NCBI RefSeq assembly: GCF_009914755.1
Contig: NC_060936.1
From: the human T2T-CHM13v2.0 reference genome, Homo sapiens
Strand: one strand, 5' to 3'
Length of the DNA stretch: 64,000 bases
Each line of letters begins with the position of its first letter. Position 1 is the first letter of the stretch. The notes under the pieces were generated by a model, which was not told the DNA's origin, did not search any database, and worked only from the letters and a program-made list of their open reading frames with translations. Both the position numbers and the translations under genes were made by a program. Below are positions 27,055-48,113 of this stretch, one piece after another.

Positions 27055-27557
27055 ATTATGGTGACAAGCTGAACATGGAGCTGAGTGAGAAATACAAGCT
27101 GGACAAAGAGAGCTACCCAGTCTTCTACCTCTTCCGGGATGGGGACTTTGAGAACCCAGTCCCATACACTGGGGCAGTTAAGGTTGGAGCCATCCAGCGC
27201 TGGCTGAAGGGGCAAGGGGTCTACCTAGGTATGCCTGGTTGCCTGCCTGTATACGACGCCCTGGCCGGGGAGTTCATCAGGGCCTCTGGTGTGGAGGCCC
27301 GCCAGGCCCTCTTGAAGCAGGGGCAAGATAACCTCTCAAGTGTGAAGGAGACTCAGAAGAAGTGGGCCGAGCAATACCTGAAGATCATGGGGAAGATCTT
27401 AGACCAAGGGGAGGACTTCCCAGCATCAGAGATGACACGGATCGCCAGGCTGATTGAGAAGAACAAGATGAGTGACGGGAAGAAGGAGGAGCTCCAGAAG
27501 AGCTTAAACATCCTGACTGCCTTCCAGAAGAAGGGGGCCGAGAAAGAGGAGCTGTAA
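27055..27557 (+). CDS. ERP29: ERP29 coding exon 3, ending in ER-retrieval signal KEEL
   Basis: Acceptor cacag|; [14 protein letters not shown]...GAEKEEL*; exons sum to 786 nt = 261 aa plus stop. Confidence 0.98.
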
Positions 27558-27865
27558 AAAGGCTGTCTGTGATTTTCCAGGGTTTGGTGGGGGTAGGGAG
27601 GGGAGAGTTAACCTGCTGGCTGTGAGTCCCTTGTGGAATATAAGGGGGTAGTGGGAAAAGTGGTACTAACCCACGATTCTGAGCCCTGAGTATGCCTGGA
27701 CATTGATGCTAACATGACCATGCTTGGGATGTCTCTAGCTGGTCTGGGGATAGCTGGAGCACTTACTCAGGTGGCTGGTGAAATGACACCTCAGAAGGAA
27801 TGAGTGCTATAGAGAGGAGAGAGGAGTGTACTGCCCAGGTCTTTGACAGATGTAATTCTCATTCA

Positions 27866-27871
27866 ATTAAA
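27866..27871 (+). terminator. ERP29: Likely ERP29 polyadenylation signal (ATTAAA)
   Basis: ATTAAA about 310 nt after the stop, followed by GT/T-rich sequence. Confidence 0.7.
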
Positions 27872-30030
27872 GTTTCAGTGTTTTGGTTAAGTGGACCTGA
27901 AGCCATTCTTTTTTCTTTTCAAATTATACTTTCGTCTATGACCTGCTTTCCTCTTTGAATCTAAGCTGGTATAGACTCCACTTTCCCAGGGTAACAAACT
28001 ATCCTCATAACACTGTGGAAACTGGCATACCTTTGTTATTTTCCAGTGATATTCAGACTGACATGGATTGACTGTCAATGGTAAAGTTTGTCTATTTTCC
28101 AGTCCTTAAAACTCAATAGCAGTATTGATGAATATATTGAACCAACATTGATGGACCATGGTGTAATTATTTTCCATGCTTTGTGAGGTACACATAGCAA
28201 ATTCTTAGTTTTACTGATATATTCTGTGACTTGGATTTACACAGCTAAATGATATAGTCCGATTTCAAAATTAAAAAATATTTTCCATCTAAATCACTAT
28301 CACTAAATAAATACTAACTTCTAGAAAGCAGAATAAAGAGCACTTGTGCCAACATTCACATCTTTTCTTCAGACTCAGAAGCAGTTATCTGCAAAAGTGA
28401 GCTTCACGACAGCTCTACTTTCATATTTAACCATTTGAAAATGTCATGAGACCACAGCTCCTGAAATATATCTAATTGCACCCACACAAAGAATGGAGTT
28501 GGCAAATAAGACCTTGAATTATTTTCCTCCATTTTATCCAGGTTGGTATATATTTAGTTCCTGGAAACAAAAAATAGAGGAAATTCCATATGTTGAATTG
28601 GATGGGACAAAAAATTGTGGTAGCTTAGGCTAACAGTTCAAACCAAGGAGGTAAAAAGTGTTTAAACCTAAACACCCACCTGCTGACAGCTTATGTACTC
28701 TACATATAATGAAAGAATATAATAATATTTACTATAATAATTTCTACATTTTTACTTCAGTTCTCACTGAAACTTCTGGAAGATCTTTTTGGATACTTCT
28801 AACTGGTAAATTTGCTTTGGCTGTTCTAGTGTGCTCCGTGTAAACGGGATCACTTCCAAAGAGCAAAGTATTCACTGTTTTATGGAAATTAGAATGAGAC
28901 AACAAATGGCAGGTAGGGAAAGGACTCTAATATTAAATGCATCCAGAGTCCCTGAATGAAGACTAATCTTGATTTTCAATTGTAAGAAGCAGGAAGGTGA
29001 CAGTACCTCCATGGGCACGGCACTGGATGGGTTCTGGCTGGATATGGTTATTTACAACCCCAGGGCCTTGAGTTGAAGAAACCTGAGCTATTGGGCGGAA
29101 CTACATTATCATATGTCAGAGGCCCTTTGTTACCCAATAGTTGTTTTCATTAAAGGTGAGCCCTCTTTCTAGAGTCTTAAGTGATTTGCATATGTCACAT
29201 AAAATACAGTCTTCCCTGACCCAAGTCAAATGGATTCCTTTACCTCTTAGAATTTACTAATATTGTGGCTCAAGTGCTGCTATTCAGATTCTAATGAAGA
29301 CTATGGACTGGATTCCCAGAATCAATCAAATACTTATAGTTATTTTTTTAAGAGATGGGCATCTTGCTTTGTTGCGCAGGCTAGACTTGAATTCCTGGGC
29401 TAAAGCGATCCTCCCGCCTCAGCCTCCTGAGTAGCTGGGGAGTACAGGTGCATGCCGCTGCACCTTGTTAAGTATTTCAATTTTAAGGGAATTTCCTGAT
29501 AACCTGAAGCAAAGCAGACACTGGATCCAACATGAATTGTGTTTAAGGAACTTGCAAGTTATCTCAAATGGTGCGAAGGGTAATTTACAAATAGTTCTTG
29601 GTAATTGGCACCACAAAAAATGTTGGAGTTGGAATATATTAGCAGAGATTATACATAGGGAACTAATCTGGGAATATGAACACGGCCAACAAGACTTAAG
29701 AAGGTGAGGGAGATGGTGAGGGGGATCTGGATTTTAGCTCATTTCCTCAATGCTTAAGGGAGTTTGAATCGTTTGCAGGAGAGTTCGATAATTTCAATAT
29801 TAAACAGTAGTCTTACCTGCAACAACTACTTTTCTCATTTGTAAAATAGTCCAGTATCTGGGCCGGTGCGGTGGCTCATGCCTGTGATCCCACACTTTGG
29901 GAGGCCGAGGCGGGCAGATCACTTGAGGTCAGGAGTTTGAGACCAGCCTGGCCAACATGGTGAAACCCCGTCTCTACTAAAAATACAAAAATTAGCCGGC
30001 CGTGGTGGCAGATGCCTGTAATCCCAGCTA

Positions 30031-30394
<364 letters not shown>

Positions 30395-31589
30395 TCAAGA
30401 AAATTAAGAATGGCAGTGAGGTATACCCAAGTACCTATCTTTTGCTAAAGAAAAACCTTGGGAGGCTGAGGTGGGCAGATCACGAGGTCAGGAGTTCGAG
30501 ACCATCCTGGCCAACATGGTGAAACCCCGTCTCTACTAAAAATACAAAAATTAGCTGGGTGTGGTGCCACACGCCTGTAATCCCAGCTACTCGGGAGGCT
30601 GAGGCAGGAGAATCACTTGAACCCAGGAGGCCGAGACTGGTGAACCAAGATCGTGCCACTGCACTCCAGCCTGGCGACAGAGCGAGACTCCGTCTCAAAA
30701 AAATAAAAGAAAAACCTTGGGATGGAGTTAATTCATAACTGAAGAAACAGGCAAAAACTGACTCTTTGGGGCTCATACAAGACAATATCACAGGACAGAA
30801 AGTAAAAAAGAGCTAAGTTCCTACTTTCACTGTGTTGTCAATGTACCTGAATAAGTTCCGAATCCCAGCTTGTGGGTTCGAGTACCCTTGGATAAATCAT
30901 GTCATCAGCCTGCCTGAAATCCTCTGGTAACTTCCCACTAAATTTAGAATAAAATCTCATTCCTTCCCCGGACTACTAAGTCCTGATGGCTCTCATCCCT
31001 ACTCAACTTTCTATCTCAATCCTACCCCTTTCATTAAGTCCCAGCCACTTGAACATTTTTTCACTTCCTGGAACCGGCTCAGCAGTTTCCTGCCTTGGGG
31101 CATTTGCATGTGTGTTACTTTTTTCCTGACAGTTCATCATTCAGATCAGAGGTCACCACTTAGGAGGTCCTCCTGTGACCCATTCTGAAGTGACCCTCTA
31201 GACACACTCAATTCACATACTGTGATTTACATTATTAAGCAGGATGTAATTACAAACTAATATTTTTATTGCCTCTTCCCCACCTCACAGCCACTAACTA
31301 GGATATATGTTACTCACTTACTAACTAGGACACAGGGTCTCACCAGAGCCTAAAGTGGAATCTGCTATATGCTAATTTAAGTGTTCAATACATATATGTT
31401 GAATTAATAACTGCAAGTACAGAAGGTACTAACTTTTGAGTCAAAAGGACTAGCTGACTTCAAATAAAAATTCTAAATTCTCAAATATTAAAAATATGTT
31501 GGGATATAGCCCTAAATTCACAACTGAGATGAATTACACCATTCAGAAGGTTGTGGCTTCTAAGAATCTGAACAAAAAGGAACCAGGCA

Positions 31590-34435
31590 GAAATGCCAAC
31601 TTAAAATGAAAATGTTTATATAAATTAACCCATCCAGTTTAAAGTAGATTTGCTATGCTTCACTTACTTAAGGAAGAATATATACTTCCTATATTAATAA
31701 ATCACATCAAATAAGTAGGAAGTTTCAATAACAAGCCTGTAGATACATTGAAACCCCTTTTTATATTAAAAGTTAAAATGAAAGACAAATCCAGATTGAA
31801 CATAGTGATTGCAAAATATAATGCAATTTTCAACAATTAAAATTATGAAAATATACAAAATTGATGGGCAACACAACTAGGCATTTGTACATTTTCCATT
31901 ATGTGGAGAACACTACAAGTTTCTCTACCTTTTATCTACATCAGATAAATGATTTAAACCAAATGTTTGCTTTGGAGAGTCTTAACTTAGGATCTCAGTA
32001 GTATAAAAAGCAATAATTTTTCAGTCTGTAAACAGTAGTCGTGATTTTTCTCCTTTCCTTTTTTAAATATCAGTTTACCACACAAAAACAAACAAAACAA
32101 AAAAACCCATACAAATCAAAAACAGCAGCAGCAGCAATGGGTTATTTGGGAATTCTCTTCAAATACCAATGGCATACGATTGCTGGGAGAGGGTGCTTTT
32201 TACTCATGTAAGAATATATATATATATATTTTTTTTTAACTGTACACAATTTATAGTACATGAGGGTTTCCAAAAGAACAGATTGATAAGAGATATTGGC
32301 CATTTCTGCATAATTTCATTCTTTTTACAATTATCTCAAAATGTGAAAGCTGGATCTAATTGAAATGCTACATTTAGTAGGAAAATCAGCAAATAACAAA
32401 GGAAGCATAACCTCAACATAACATTATTTGTCATTAAAGCCAGTAGAGGTCCCAGATATCTTTAGGCAAGAGACTGGTTAGGAAGACCACTAGAGTCACA
32501 CACTGTCCCTGAGGACCAAGGCTAGCCCACTGAACATACATATGCTAGATTGATCATGGTCAGTCGATAGACTTTTTCAAAGAGCATTTCTACAGTACAG
32601 TACTTTTTTGGATATTCAGAGAGACATCATTTCAAGAACACACGCCATACACATGTACCCCACCCTCCCCAGCAGACACACACAAAGTTCCATCTTAAAC
32701 AGGCCATAGTTTTATGAAAGAATATGTTGTCATTACATGAAATTCAGAATTAACCACAATTTTCCATTCATCTTGTTCAAGACAGTTCTTCCTTTTGGGA
32801 TAGGGTATATGACCAGCTGTTGCTACTCATATCAAAAATAAATTTTTGAAATTAGTTGATGGACTAGGATTTCCAACAAGCCTTATTTTGAACAGGTAAT
32901 GTAGTAATTGTTTAAAATTTCCTTGGAAGTTTAAGCACTGTATCAAATTATGAATCTAAGAAAGTCAAAATGAAGGGACAAAATGCAATTACTTTGCGTA
33001 CACAGATATTCCCAGCTCTCTTGGTTGCTTTTAAAAGAAAAAAGTACCACATTTCACTGGAGCAGTGCAGGTTGGAAAGCACCTTTAAGGTCTTCAAGAC
33101 CAATCCTCCATTGGATGCTTAATTTCCTCATCAAATTCATTTCTTTGCTCTTACAGAATTAAACTTGAACTATATTTAGGTAACAGACCAAAAACAGAAG
33201 CAGGGATTTAAACAGAAAAATATTATCAAAGAAACTGCATAAATTGTAGGACATTTTCAAGAGCAATTTTTACCTCTTCTATCAGACCAACCACTGATAG
33301 AAGAAGCTAGAGTCTTGGGGACATCCAGGTGAACAAAGTAAACACCATCCTGTTATAATTCTCTAAGTTTGAAGAAAGTAGTCCAAACCTCAAACCCACT
33401 GAATAACATTTCTTTTGCCAGCCTAAAACTTAAAGCCTAAGGCTAAATCCATAATATTACATTCCTTCCTTCCCAAACCCCCCACACTTAAAACATTAAA
33501 GTATTAAATCTTAATTTTCAAGTCATATATATATGTGTATATATATATATGTATATATATGACTCACAAAACCAATGAAATAAGTATCATACTTGCCTGC
33601 ATAAATTATGTGCACCTCTCTTCTTTGAAACAGTCATTCCTATCTTTCCCAAATGTATGAAAGACAGAAAGCTAGTCCTCAGCGGGCTTAATAAGTGGTC
33701 TGCACTGCTTTCCCCTCTAAACAGCTATAAATTAACAGAGCCTTCCTTGCCTTCTTACCTGAGATTTTTAACTCTCACAGAAGCTAGGATGGGGATGTCT
33801 TAACTATCAGACAAAAACTAGCCAAAAACTAAGTGCCTGTGGTCATCCAAGTGGTGCCCTTCTATTGCGGGTGCATATGCCAGATCTCATCTAAGGTCCT
33901 TTGTGTACCTGCCTTGGGTTCTGTGGGAGCCAAGTAGCTGAGAAAGCCTCAAAACAAACTTACTGCTGTGAAAAGGGGGTCTGTTCCCAGGCATGGTCTC
34001 CCCTCCACTTCTTGTGGCTCAAGGACCAGACCAAAAACTCTCAATGTTATTTATAATGGAAGGGCTATTCAGTTGCTATGAGGTTGATGCTTTATGCTTA
34101 ATTTCTATTGCTGTTTTTATAGACCCCCCGCTCCCCTGAAAAGATGTTTCTGGTGATGGGAAGAAGAAAAGTAGGGTTCTCTTGTTGCTGCCATATGCAT
34201 ATGAACATGTATAAAAAGTGGTCAAACCCAGATGAGGGTCCCGCTTCTGGTTTATATACAATAATTTAATCAGTTGTATATATTTAACACCTAAAAAAAT
34301 TCACGATCAAAGTCCTTCATGCATTTTATGAGGAAGTTCTGGATTAAAATCATGGTCAACCAGATGTTGCTTTTGCCTGGGAAGATGGTGTCATATTCTG
34401 TTGCAGAGTCATCAGTGCCCATGATAGATACTTCC
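31590..34435 (-). other. NAA25: NAA25 long 3' UTR (distal end approximate)
   Basis: About 2.8 kb of Alu-free AT-rich sequence after the stop; only a variant TATAAA signal seen near 31615-31620. Confidence 0.6.
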
Positions 34436-34558
34436 TTAAATTTTTAGTTTCTTTGTGGTCTCAAGTCTTTTTTTCAGCAGCTCCCCCATTTCCAGAAGTG
34501 AGTGCAGATAACTGCTCTGCACCTTCCCTTGCACAGTCTTTGAAAATTTTCTCTCTTC
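34436..34558 (-). CDS. NAA25: NAA25 last coding exon (EERKFSKTVQGKVQSSYLHSLLEMGELLKKRLETTKKLKI*)
   Basis: tttatag| acceptor; TAA at 34436-34438; 123 nt. Confidence 0.96.
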   Translation of the reverse strand, partial: EERKFSKTVQGKVQSSYLHSLLEMGELLKKRLETTKKLKI

Positions 34559-34931
34559 CTATAAAGGAGGAGACAAGAATAATTAGTCTTGTTTAAAAAC
34601 CATCCCCCCAGATTCTAGTTCTCAGATAAAAGTTAAAGCTGCCATTACCTTTGGTCTCATTGCAAGCTCCATCAGAACACAGTGGGTCATTTTCAATTGC
34701 ATAAAATGCAAAGAAGGCAAAAGGTCATCACGAATGGGTATTTTTCGATGTGATTCTTCATGGAAACCCTATTGCTTTAGCATCATTACTCTTTCAAGTA
34801 CCCTTTGTTGTAAGTTATATAAGGTAGAAAAACTGGGCCAGGCACGGTGGCTCACGCCTGTAATTCCAACACTTTGGGATGCCCAGGCAGGTGGATCACT
34901 TGAGCCCAGGAGTTTGAAACCAGCCTGGTCA

Positions 34932-35078
<147 letters not shown>

Positions 35079-36638
35079 CTACACACCAGCCTGGGCGACA
35101 GAGTAAAGCTGTCTCAAAAAAAAAAAAAAAAAAAAAAAAAAAATTAGAAGAAAAACTGAGATTTCTGATCACTACTTTTTAATCAATAAAAACAGAAAAT
35201 TATGACTAGTTTGGACATAAAATCCCTACTATTTTGTTATAACCTGTGCAAAGTGGAAATTTTGAGATTTCTGATTGTTTTCATCAGAAAAAAGTAGAAA
35301 TTTATTACTAATTTGTACATCATCATAGCCACTTTTAATAATGGCCTCAACTTTACCAACTCCATCATTTCCAGTTACAATATTAACAAGTCTCCTCCAT
35401 ATTGACAAAGCCCCTGAGTTCAAGAGACCAACTATATATTCTTCAATATGAGTTATTATTTGCTGGCAAATGTTTGCTGTAGTAGAGATCACAAAAAACA
35501 AAAGGGAAGGGGTGAGTTCTCACAGAGAAAGGAGGTTGGCTGAAGACTGATTAGGTTTACATGAAGTTGAGTGCTGCAGAGCCTAGAACTGTAGAAGAAA
35601 CCGGGAACATACTTTCTGACCCAACAATACTAGTACTTCAGACCTAATTTTCCTTAGAAATACAAATGTGCATAGAAAGGTGTGCACAAATACATTTCAC
35701 TCGGTAACATATGTAAAAGCAAATATAAAGAAACAACCTAAAATGTCCAACAGCAGTGGTGCATTTATATTCTGCAGCTGTTTAATGAACAAGATTGATC
35801 CACAGGCATTAGCTTGAACAGATCTCTTGAATATAAAACTGAATTTAAAATTTTTTTTTTTTTTTAAAAGAGGCAGGACTCACTAAGTGACCCAGGCTGG
35901 TCTTGAACTCCTGAGCTCAAATAATCCTCCAGCCTTGGGCCTCCCAAAGTGCTGAGATTACAGCCATGAGCCACTACACCTGGCCGAGTTTACATTTTTT
36001 AAAGTACAAAATAATACAATAATACTGTATATTTTCTCTATGAATATAAATACACACAAAAAGGTCCTAACACACAGCCAGTTTCACTGGGATACCCCAT
36101 AGGAAGGAAGAAAGGGAATCAGGACTAGAGGTCACAGTCCAGAGGCCTTATTCACAGTGTTTCAAATTTAGAAAGGGAGGAAAGAAAGCAGAGGAGCCTA
36201 ATGGAAACTGAATTGAAGAGATTTTTACCTTTAAAAGACAATTAGCCAAAACTATATGCATCAGGTATTTGGTAGTGCTCAGTAACTATATGAAACATGA
36301 CTTTAACAACATAAGGCCGATTATTGCTTTGTTTAATCCTTGCCATAATCCTATGAAGTAGGCATTATTATCATTTCCATTTACAGATAAAGAGATTGAA
36401 GCCTAGAGAGGTTAGGTAACTTTCCCAAGGTCAAAAGACAAGAACAGAAGCTAGGGCTTGAAAAATCCAGAGAGTATGGCCAAGTTAAGGATAACCTCTA
36501 GAACTCTGAAAACAAGAACTCTTGCTCATCATTCCAGGATGCAGACAGATCTTTTAACATAAACAACCACTTGATAGTCACAACAGGGCTATTGTGCCTA
36601 TCACCTTCATATCTAACAGTACTTCCCGTATACCATAA

Positions 36639-37077
<439 letters not shown>

Positions 37078-38138
37078 TAGCCAGGATGGTCTCCATCTCC
37101 TGACTTCGTGATCTGCCTCCCTCCGCCTCCCAAAGTGCTGGGATTACAGGCGTGAGCCACTGTGCCCAGCCCATGTCTGCTTTTTTTAATCAATCTTTGG
37201 TAATGTGAACTGCTCTGAGCCCTTTCCCACAGTAAGCACTCTGTTCAAAGTCTAACGTTTTTAAGCTTTACAAAAGAGGGGCTTACAATCTCTTAAGGCT
37301 GGTGTGCTAAGGAAAATTCTATTCATTCCCTTCCCTATGAAGGTCTGGGGCTATGATGATGGCTGCCCTCAGGTTACTGGATAAATTCCCTCATCAGCAG
37401 TTTAGCTCAGCAGTTTAGCTCAGACAAACTCCCGGAGGGAAGCATTTTCTTAAGATCAGTTTCATCACTGGACCAACAGGCTAGAAACAGACGACTCCAC
37501 CACTGTCCTTCTTGCCCCTACCAAAATCCTAAACCTACTCCAGGCCGGTGAATTAACATTTACAAAAAAGAATCGTCATTTTAAGGGCAAAGGCTTTATA
37601 AGGATTTTGCTAACTAATAGAATTTGAAAAGACCTAAAATAATATCAGAAGACATTTGATGGTGGTACCTTTGATTCCATACTTGGTTTCATTCCCTTTT
37701 TGGTTGGCTTGCTCTAGCCTAATTATTACTGACATAATTACTTCTCATGTCCAGCATTTCTCCTTTCTCAGGTGATAACTGGGTGGCAAGGAAGACAGCT
37801 AACTCAGCAGCAGGTAAATTCTATTCAAGAAGATTGTCCCTGGATTTCAAAATATGGCTGGTTCCATGTTGCTCAAAATGCTGGCATTAGTTTTCATAGT
37901 AAAAGAACAACCCCAAAAATGCATAGAAAGGAGGACGTATGGGGAGAAATGAAGAGGGGAAAAAACCTACCACCAACAACACAACAAGAAACTACTGCCA
38001 AGCACCTTCTAGTCACAAGTCTTATAAAGAGGAAATGATAAATTGAACTTTAACTTGTCCTTGTGATAAAGATGAGAGAGAGAGACAGAGTGTTTGTGTG
38101 TGTGTAGAAAACATTGCCGATTGCCTACAATCTCTTAC

Positions 38139-38285
38139 CGGTGAGAGAGAAGTGTCTTCTAAAATAAGTTCTTCAAGTTTAAGTGCAATTAGATGTGTTT
38201 CAAGCCCTTTAATATGATCCACAACATTGGAAATTAAAGTCTGAAGCCCAGTAACATAGTCTTGGAAACTGGTAAAGACAGGTGG
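38139..38285 (-). CDS. NAA25: NAA25 penultimate coding exon (PPVFTSFQDYV...EDTSLSP)
   Basis: AG/GT boundaries, 147 nt. Confidence 0.95.
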
Positions 38286-39114
38286 CTGGGAAAAAGATTA
38301 AAAAAGAGTTGAAACATTATCAAACATATTACCCATATCTACATCACAAAAGCTACTGAAAGATGTGAGGGAATTTAAATAGTGGCATTTCAAACCAGTG
38401 GTTTCAAGTGAATGAATGGTACTAAAATAACCAGCTAGACATTTGGAGATACAAAATAACACAGTAATATTAAAATAAATTTCCGATAGATTAAATACTT
38501 AAATAAAAAAAAATCCATCAAAGCACTGGAAGAAAATTAGGTAACAACTTCTGCAATCATGACACTGACAGCTGAAAAACCCTTTCTAAACATCACACAA
38601 AGCTAAAAACCATTAAAAAGATTATCCTTGTTTTTAAAAATATTACTACATTGACAAAAAAAAAATCACTCAAGTTAAAAGACAAATAACAAACTGAAAA
38701 AAAAACTGCATCACCTATGACAGGGGATTAGTAACATTATTATGTTAAGAACCCAGTAGCTCAACACATATAAATAGGAAAAATATTACTACCACAATAA
38801 GAAACTTGGACAAAGAATAGAAGACATATCAAAGAAATCCAAGAAACATGTGATACAACTAAAAAACCTAGCCAATCAATTAATAAAGCTAGCTTTTCAC
38901 TCAAGAAGTATTCTTGGACAGTTCAATATCAATAAAATTTTAAAAATCAGTATTAGAAAAAGGAGATACCAATATTCACCTACCAGATGGTTAAAGATAC
39001 ATACTCAACACTGTTGGGGATGAGTACAAATGTATATATGCATATACATTTATTAACTGTATAAATGTATATATACAGTTAATTTCAGATCTAAGAGCTA
39101 TCCTAAAGAAACTA

Positions 39115-43231
<4,117 letters not shown>

Positions 43232-43517
43232 TAGATAATATCATTGTATCAATGCTAAATTTCTTGAGTTTGAAATTTTCTTGAGTATTATGGTTTTGCA
43301 GAGACCTGTCCTTGTTCTATCCTGATGTGTTACATGTCACAAGTCTGTACTTTCCTTTTACATGGTTCAACAAATGAGAGATAAAACAAATGAGATAAAT
43401 GGTTAAAAATTGATAATCCAGGTAAAGATCTTTATGGGTGTCATATTAATCTTTCAATTTTTCTGTAGGTGTATAATTTAATTTTTTTTAAGTTAGGGGA
43501 GAAAAACAACGCATATG

Positions 43518-44027
<510 letters not shown>

Positions 44028-44130
44028 GCATATAGGATCCTAAGGACTCAACATGGAGGAAAACAGTGAAAAGAAAAAGTAGCATGTGGTCAGATTGTTC
44101 CTTGTATATCACTTGTGTTACTGTTATTAC

Positions 44131-44241
44131 CATGATGATGCTGGTTTCTTTTTTCTTCTTTTTCTTTTTCTGTAAATTTAGTTTGTATGGTCGTAGGACA
44201 CTCTCACAGTAACTGGATACCCAAAGGATAACAGAAATAGT
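44131..44241 (-). CDS. NAA25: NAA25 coding exon ([37 protein letters not shown]), poly-Lys NLS-like run
   Basis: AG/GT boundaries, 111 nt. Confidence 0.95.
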
Positions 44242-45382
44242 CTGAAAGGAAAAATTGCAAATTCACCAATAAGGATTACACTAAAAATATCTATCAGGAA
44301 ATTAGAGGCAATGGATTCAACAAATTCTAACGCAGTTCTTCTATGTAAATCCCTTCAATTTCTCATGTGAATCTCCACTCTACTTTCTGCAATCACTCTA
44401 CTGATCCAGGCCTTCATCATCTCCTGCTCAGAATACTACAATGGCCTAACTCTTCAGCATTTCTTCTGGCTCTCCTAGCTCAAAATCCATCCTCCACTTC
44501 ACTCCAATTTTCTGTCACTTCCCTGAAGAAGTGGGGACTGATTTAACATCCTTTTCACTCAGAGAAGAGTCCAAATTCCTAGGCATGGAATCCAAAGGTT
44601 CTTTACAATATGCCTCTCCCGTCACATCTCTCCAAGCAGGTAAGATACCACCTTACCTGCAAATCTTAACTTACATATGTATGGCAAAATCTACCCAGTT
44701 GATCAGTACATATCCTGCACTGTATCAAATTAGCTGTTTATATGTCTTCTCCTATACTACAGTGTGTGCATGTACATATATGTCCGCTTATTACTCATTC
44801 ACTTAATAAAAATCTCTTAGGCACTTACAGTTTGCCAATCACCAGAACAGTGTACACTCCCCACACAGAGTAGTAAGGGGAGAACAGTCAACAAATATGT
44901 GACAGAAATAAAAGAAAAGATAATAGATTATGAGTGTTTGCAATCTTCCTTCTCTTCCCTCTGGCAAAAAAAGAGGAGGGAGTTTTGCTGTATCAGTTGC
45001 TGGACACTATCACAATGCATAATATCTTAGCAATTAATAAATGACAACAAATAAAAGAAGCTGGAGGAATTAAACTACATAATAAAGAGTGAGTCAGAAA
45101 GGAGAATGAAAACAGCTAGATTTGAGGTGAATCTGGGGAAGTTTAGAGATGAGTACAGCAAATTTCAAGAAGTTTTACCTAAGTATTATGAATGAAATCA
45201 TCTTAGAATTCTTGGAAGAAATTGGTTTAGAAAATGATTTAAATTGCTTTTCAATTAACAAAAACAGGGATGGAGGGTTAAGTTACAGGTATAAGGTGCC
45301 TATTACCTGTTCACTGTTGAAAAATGAATCCTGTAGACCATTAAGAACAACAATGTCTTTTAGGAAGAGAACAAAAACTTAC

Positions 45383-45480
45383 CTCAACAAAGAAAACTAG
45401 ATTTTCTAAAAGAGTAGGATGTGTTTTCAAGTTACCATCTTTAACTTCTAAGAGGTCACCTTTACATTTACTGAAGACAT
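45383..45480 (-). CDS. NAA25: NAA25 coding exon (DVFSKCKGDLLEVKDG...ENLVFFVE)
   Basis: AG/GT boundaries, 98 nt. Confidence 0.95.
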
Positions 45481-45985
45481 CTGAAAACAAAAAACATTTT
45501 AGTTTTATTCAGCTTTTGTTTCAATGCTATTTTAAGGAACACAACACACAAATAAAGAATAAGCAAATAAAAATTTAATTTAGAAAGCTATTTGTTTTTC
45601 ATTTTCCATAATGAACCAAACTCCAAAGGATAGACTATCCATTGTAAGTTCTTTAAAAAGCCATGCTGTTGCTCTATAGTCTTCAAAATATAAAAGGTAG
45701 CCTTAAAAATTATACATTCTAGTGTCTAAACACCAGCGAAGCCTTTTCAGATAGGCCATCAGCACAATAAGACTAAGACTCTAAGTGAATGATTCAGAGG
45801 ACTTATGCCATTATGGACTGAAAGACCAAAAAAGTACATTGTAGAAATGCATCTTCATAACAGATAATAAATTTTATTATCATAATCTTAATCATTTTCA
45901 GACATTCTTCACCTGGACAATAAAATATAAGACCGAGCCACGCTTGGTGGTGCACGCCAGTAGTCCCAGCTACTCAGGAGGCTGA

Positions 45986-46270
<285 letters not shown>

Positions 46271-46940
46271 TAGTAGAGACGGGGTTTCACCGTGTTAGCC
46301 AGGATGGTCTCAATCTCCTGACCTCGTGATCTGCCTGCCTCAGCCTCCCAAAGTGCTGGGATTACAGGCCGTGAGTCACCATGCCCGGCCAGAAAGACTC
46401 TTATAGATACAAGATGCATATATGTGCCCTTTAACAATTCTATTAAATTATTGGGAATTTAACAATTTAATAATTCTATTAAATTCTTGGGAATTTAATC
46501 CCAAGGAAGGACTCAAATAATACCCTAACAATTTGTCCCAAGATATTCATTTCAGCATCAGTAGAAGAAATAACTCATATACATAATATGTCACCAATTG
46601 CGATAACATAAAAAATGTTAATACAATACTATAGAATATTACGCAGTCTTGAAAATAAATGGGGTATATATAACTGACATGGAAAGGTATCCAAAATAAC
46701 AAAAAAATTAAAGTCAAAAAAGCATGGATTACACCATTTCCTATGTTTAAAGATTACTTTTTATCTGTATTTTCATTCACACACATATGTGTTTAGGTGG
46801 CATCTAGGAGTATTGACTCCAAAGTGTTAAAACTACTTACTTATCTCTGGGTGATTGGGCTTGGGAATAGGGGAAAGAACTTCGAAGCTATTGCCATACA
46901 ACCAGATACAAATACAGGAATCTACAGTAGGAAAACTTAC

Positions 46941-47006
46941 CTTTTAACTGGTCTAGTAAAGACTTAAAACTATTTTCTATTCGTTCCTGAATCTCCATTG
47001 TATCCT
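46941..47006 (-). CDS. NAA25: NAA25 coding exon (EDTMEIQERIENSFKSLLDQLK)
   Basis: AG/GT boundaries, 66 nt. Confidence 0.94.
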
Positions 47007-47349
47007 CTAAAATTGAAAAACAAAAAATGAAAAACTTTCAATTCTATTTTTAGTAAGATAAAGAAGCAAGATAAATACCTGCAAGAAGTTCATGGGCAAG
47101 GACATTTTCTTCTCTCTACAGACCCTTATGCATTTTTCATTATTTTGAGACAAAAAGAAAATGATAATGAAAGGAAAAGGAAGAATAAAAAGAAAGGCAC
47201 TAATTACCTTTTTGCCAGAGGTACTACCTAAAATTCCTTAAGAGAGCTTAAAATCTATGTGCTTCAAACACTCTGAATGGTAGGATCTACTAACCTTATG
47301 ATTTAAAAAATAAATAAATAAAAGGAAAAGGTCTATGGAGTATTTGTGA

Positions 47350-47811
<462 letters not shown>

Positions 47812-47989
47812 TAAAACATTACTTTGTAACCTACGACTGTACCCTCTCATACACTACACCACACATTTGCAGAACAGCTTCCAGCTTCCATGTACTCTAA
47901 AATTTTCCAGATGTGAGGTTATAGACATTTTATTACGTGTACTACATTTTCTATGACAAAGACCCTATAAACACACAGTGTACACTTAC

Positions 47990-48113
47990 CTAAACCACTG
48001 GTATCCAGCTCATAAATATCATTGACAAGATAAAAAGAGCTTATCTGGCACTGAGAACAGCCAGAATTAAAGAATCCACCCATTCTGGTAGGTACAGGAC
48101 CAAGGAAAGGATA
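47990..48113 (-). CDS. NAA25: NAA25 coding exon (YPFLGPVPTRMGGFF...YELDTSGL)
   Basis: AG/GT boundaries, 124 nt. Confidence 0.95.

Noticed and set aside
35229-35501. 90-aa minus-strand ORF in the last NAA25 intron
   Set aside because: Non-ATG start, no family similarity I recognise, and the flanking NAA25 exons already join in frame.
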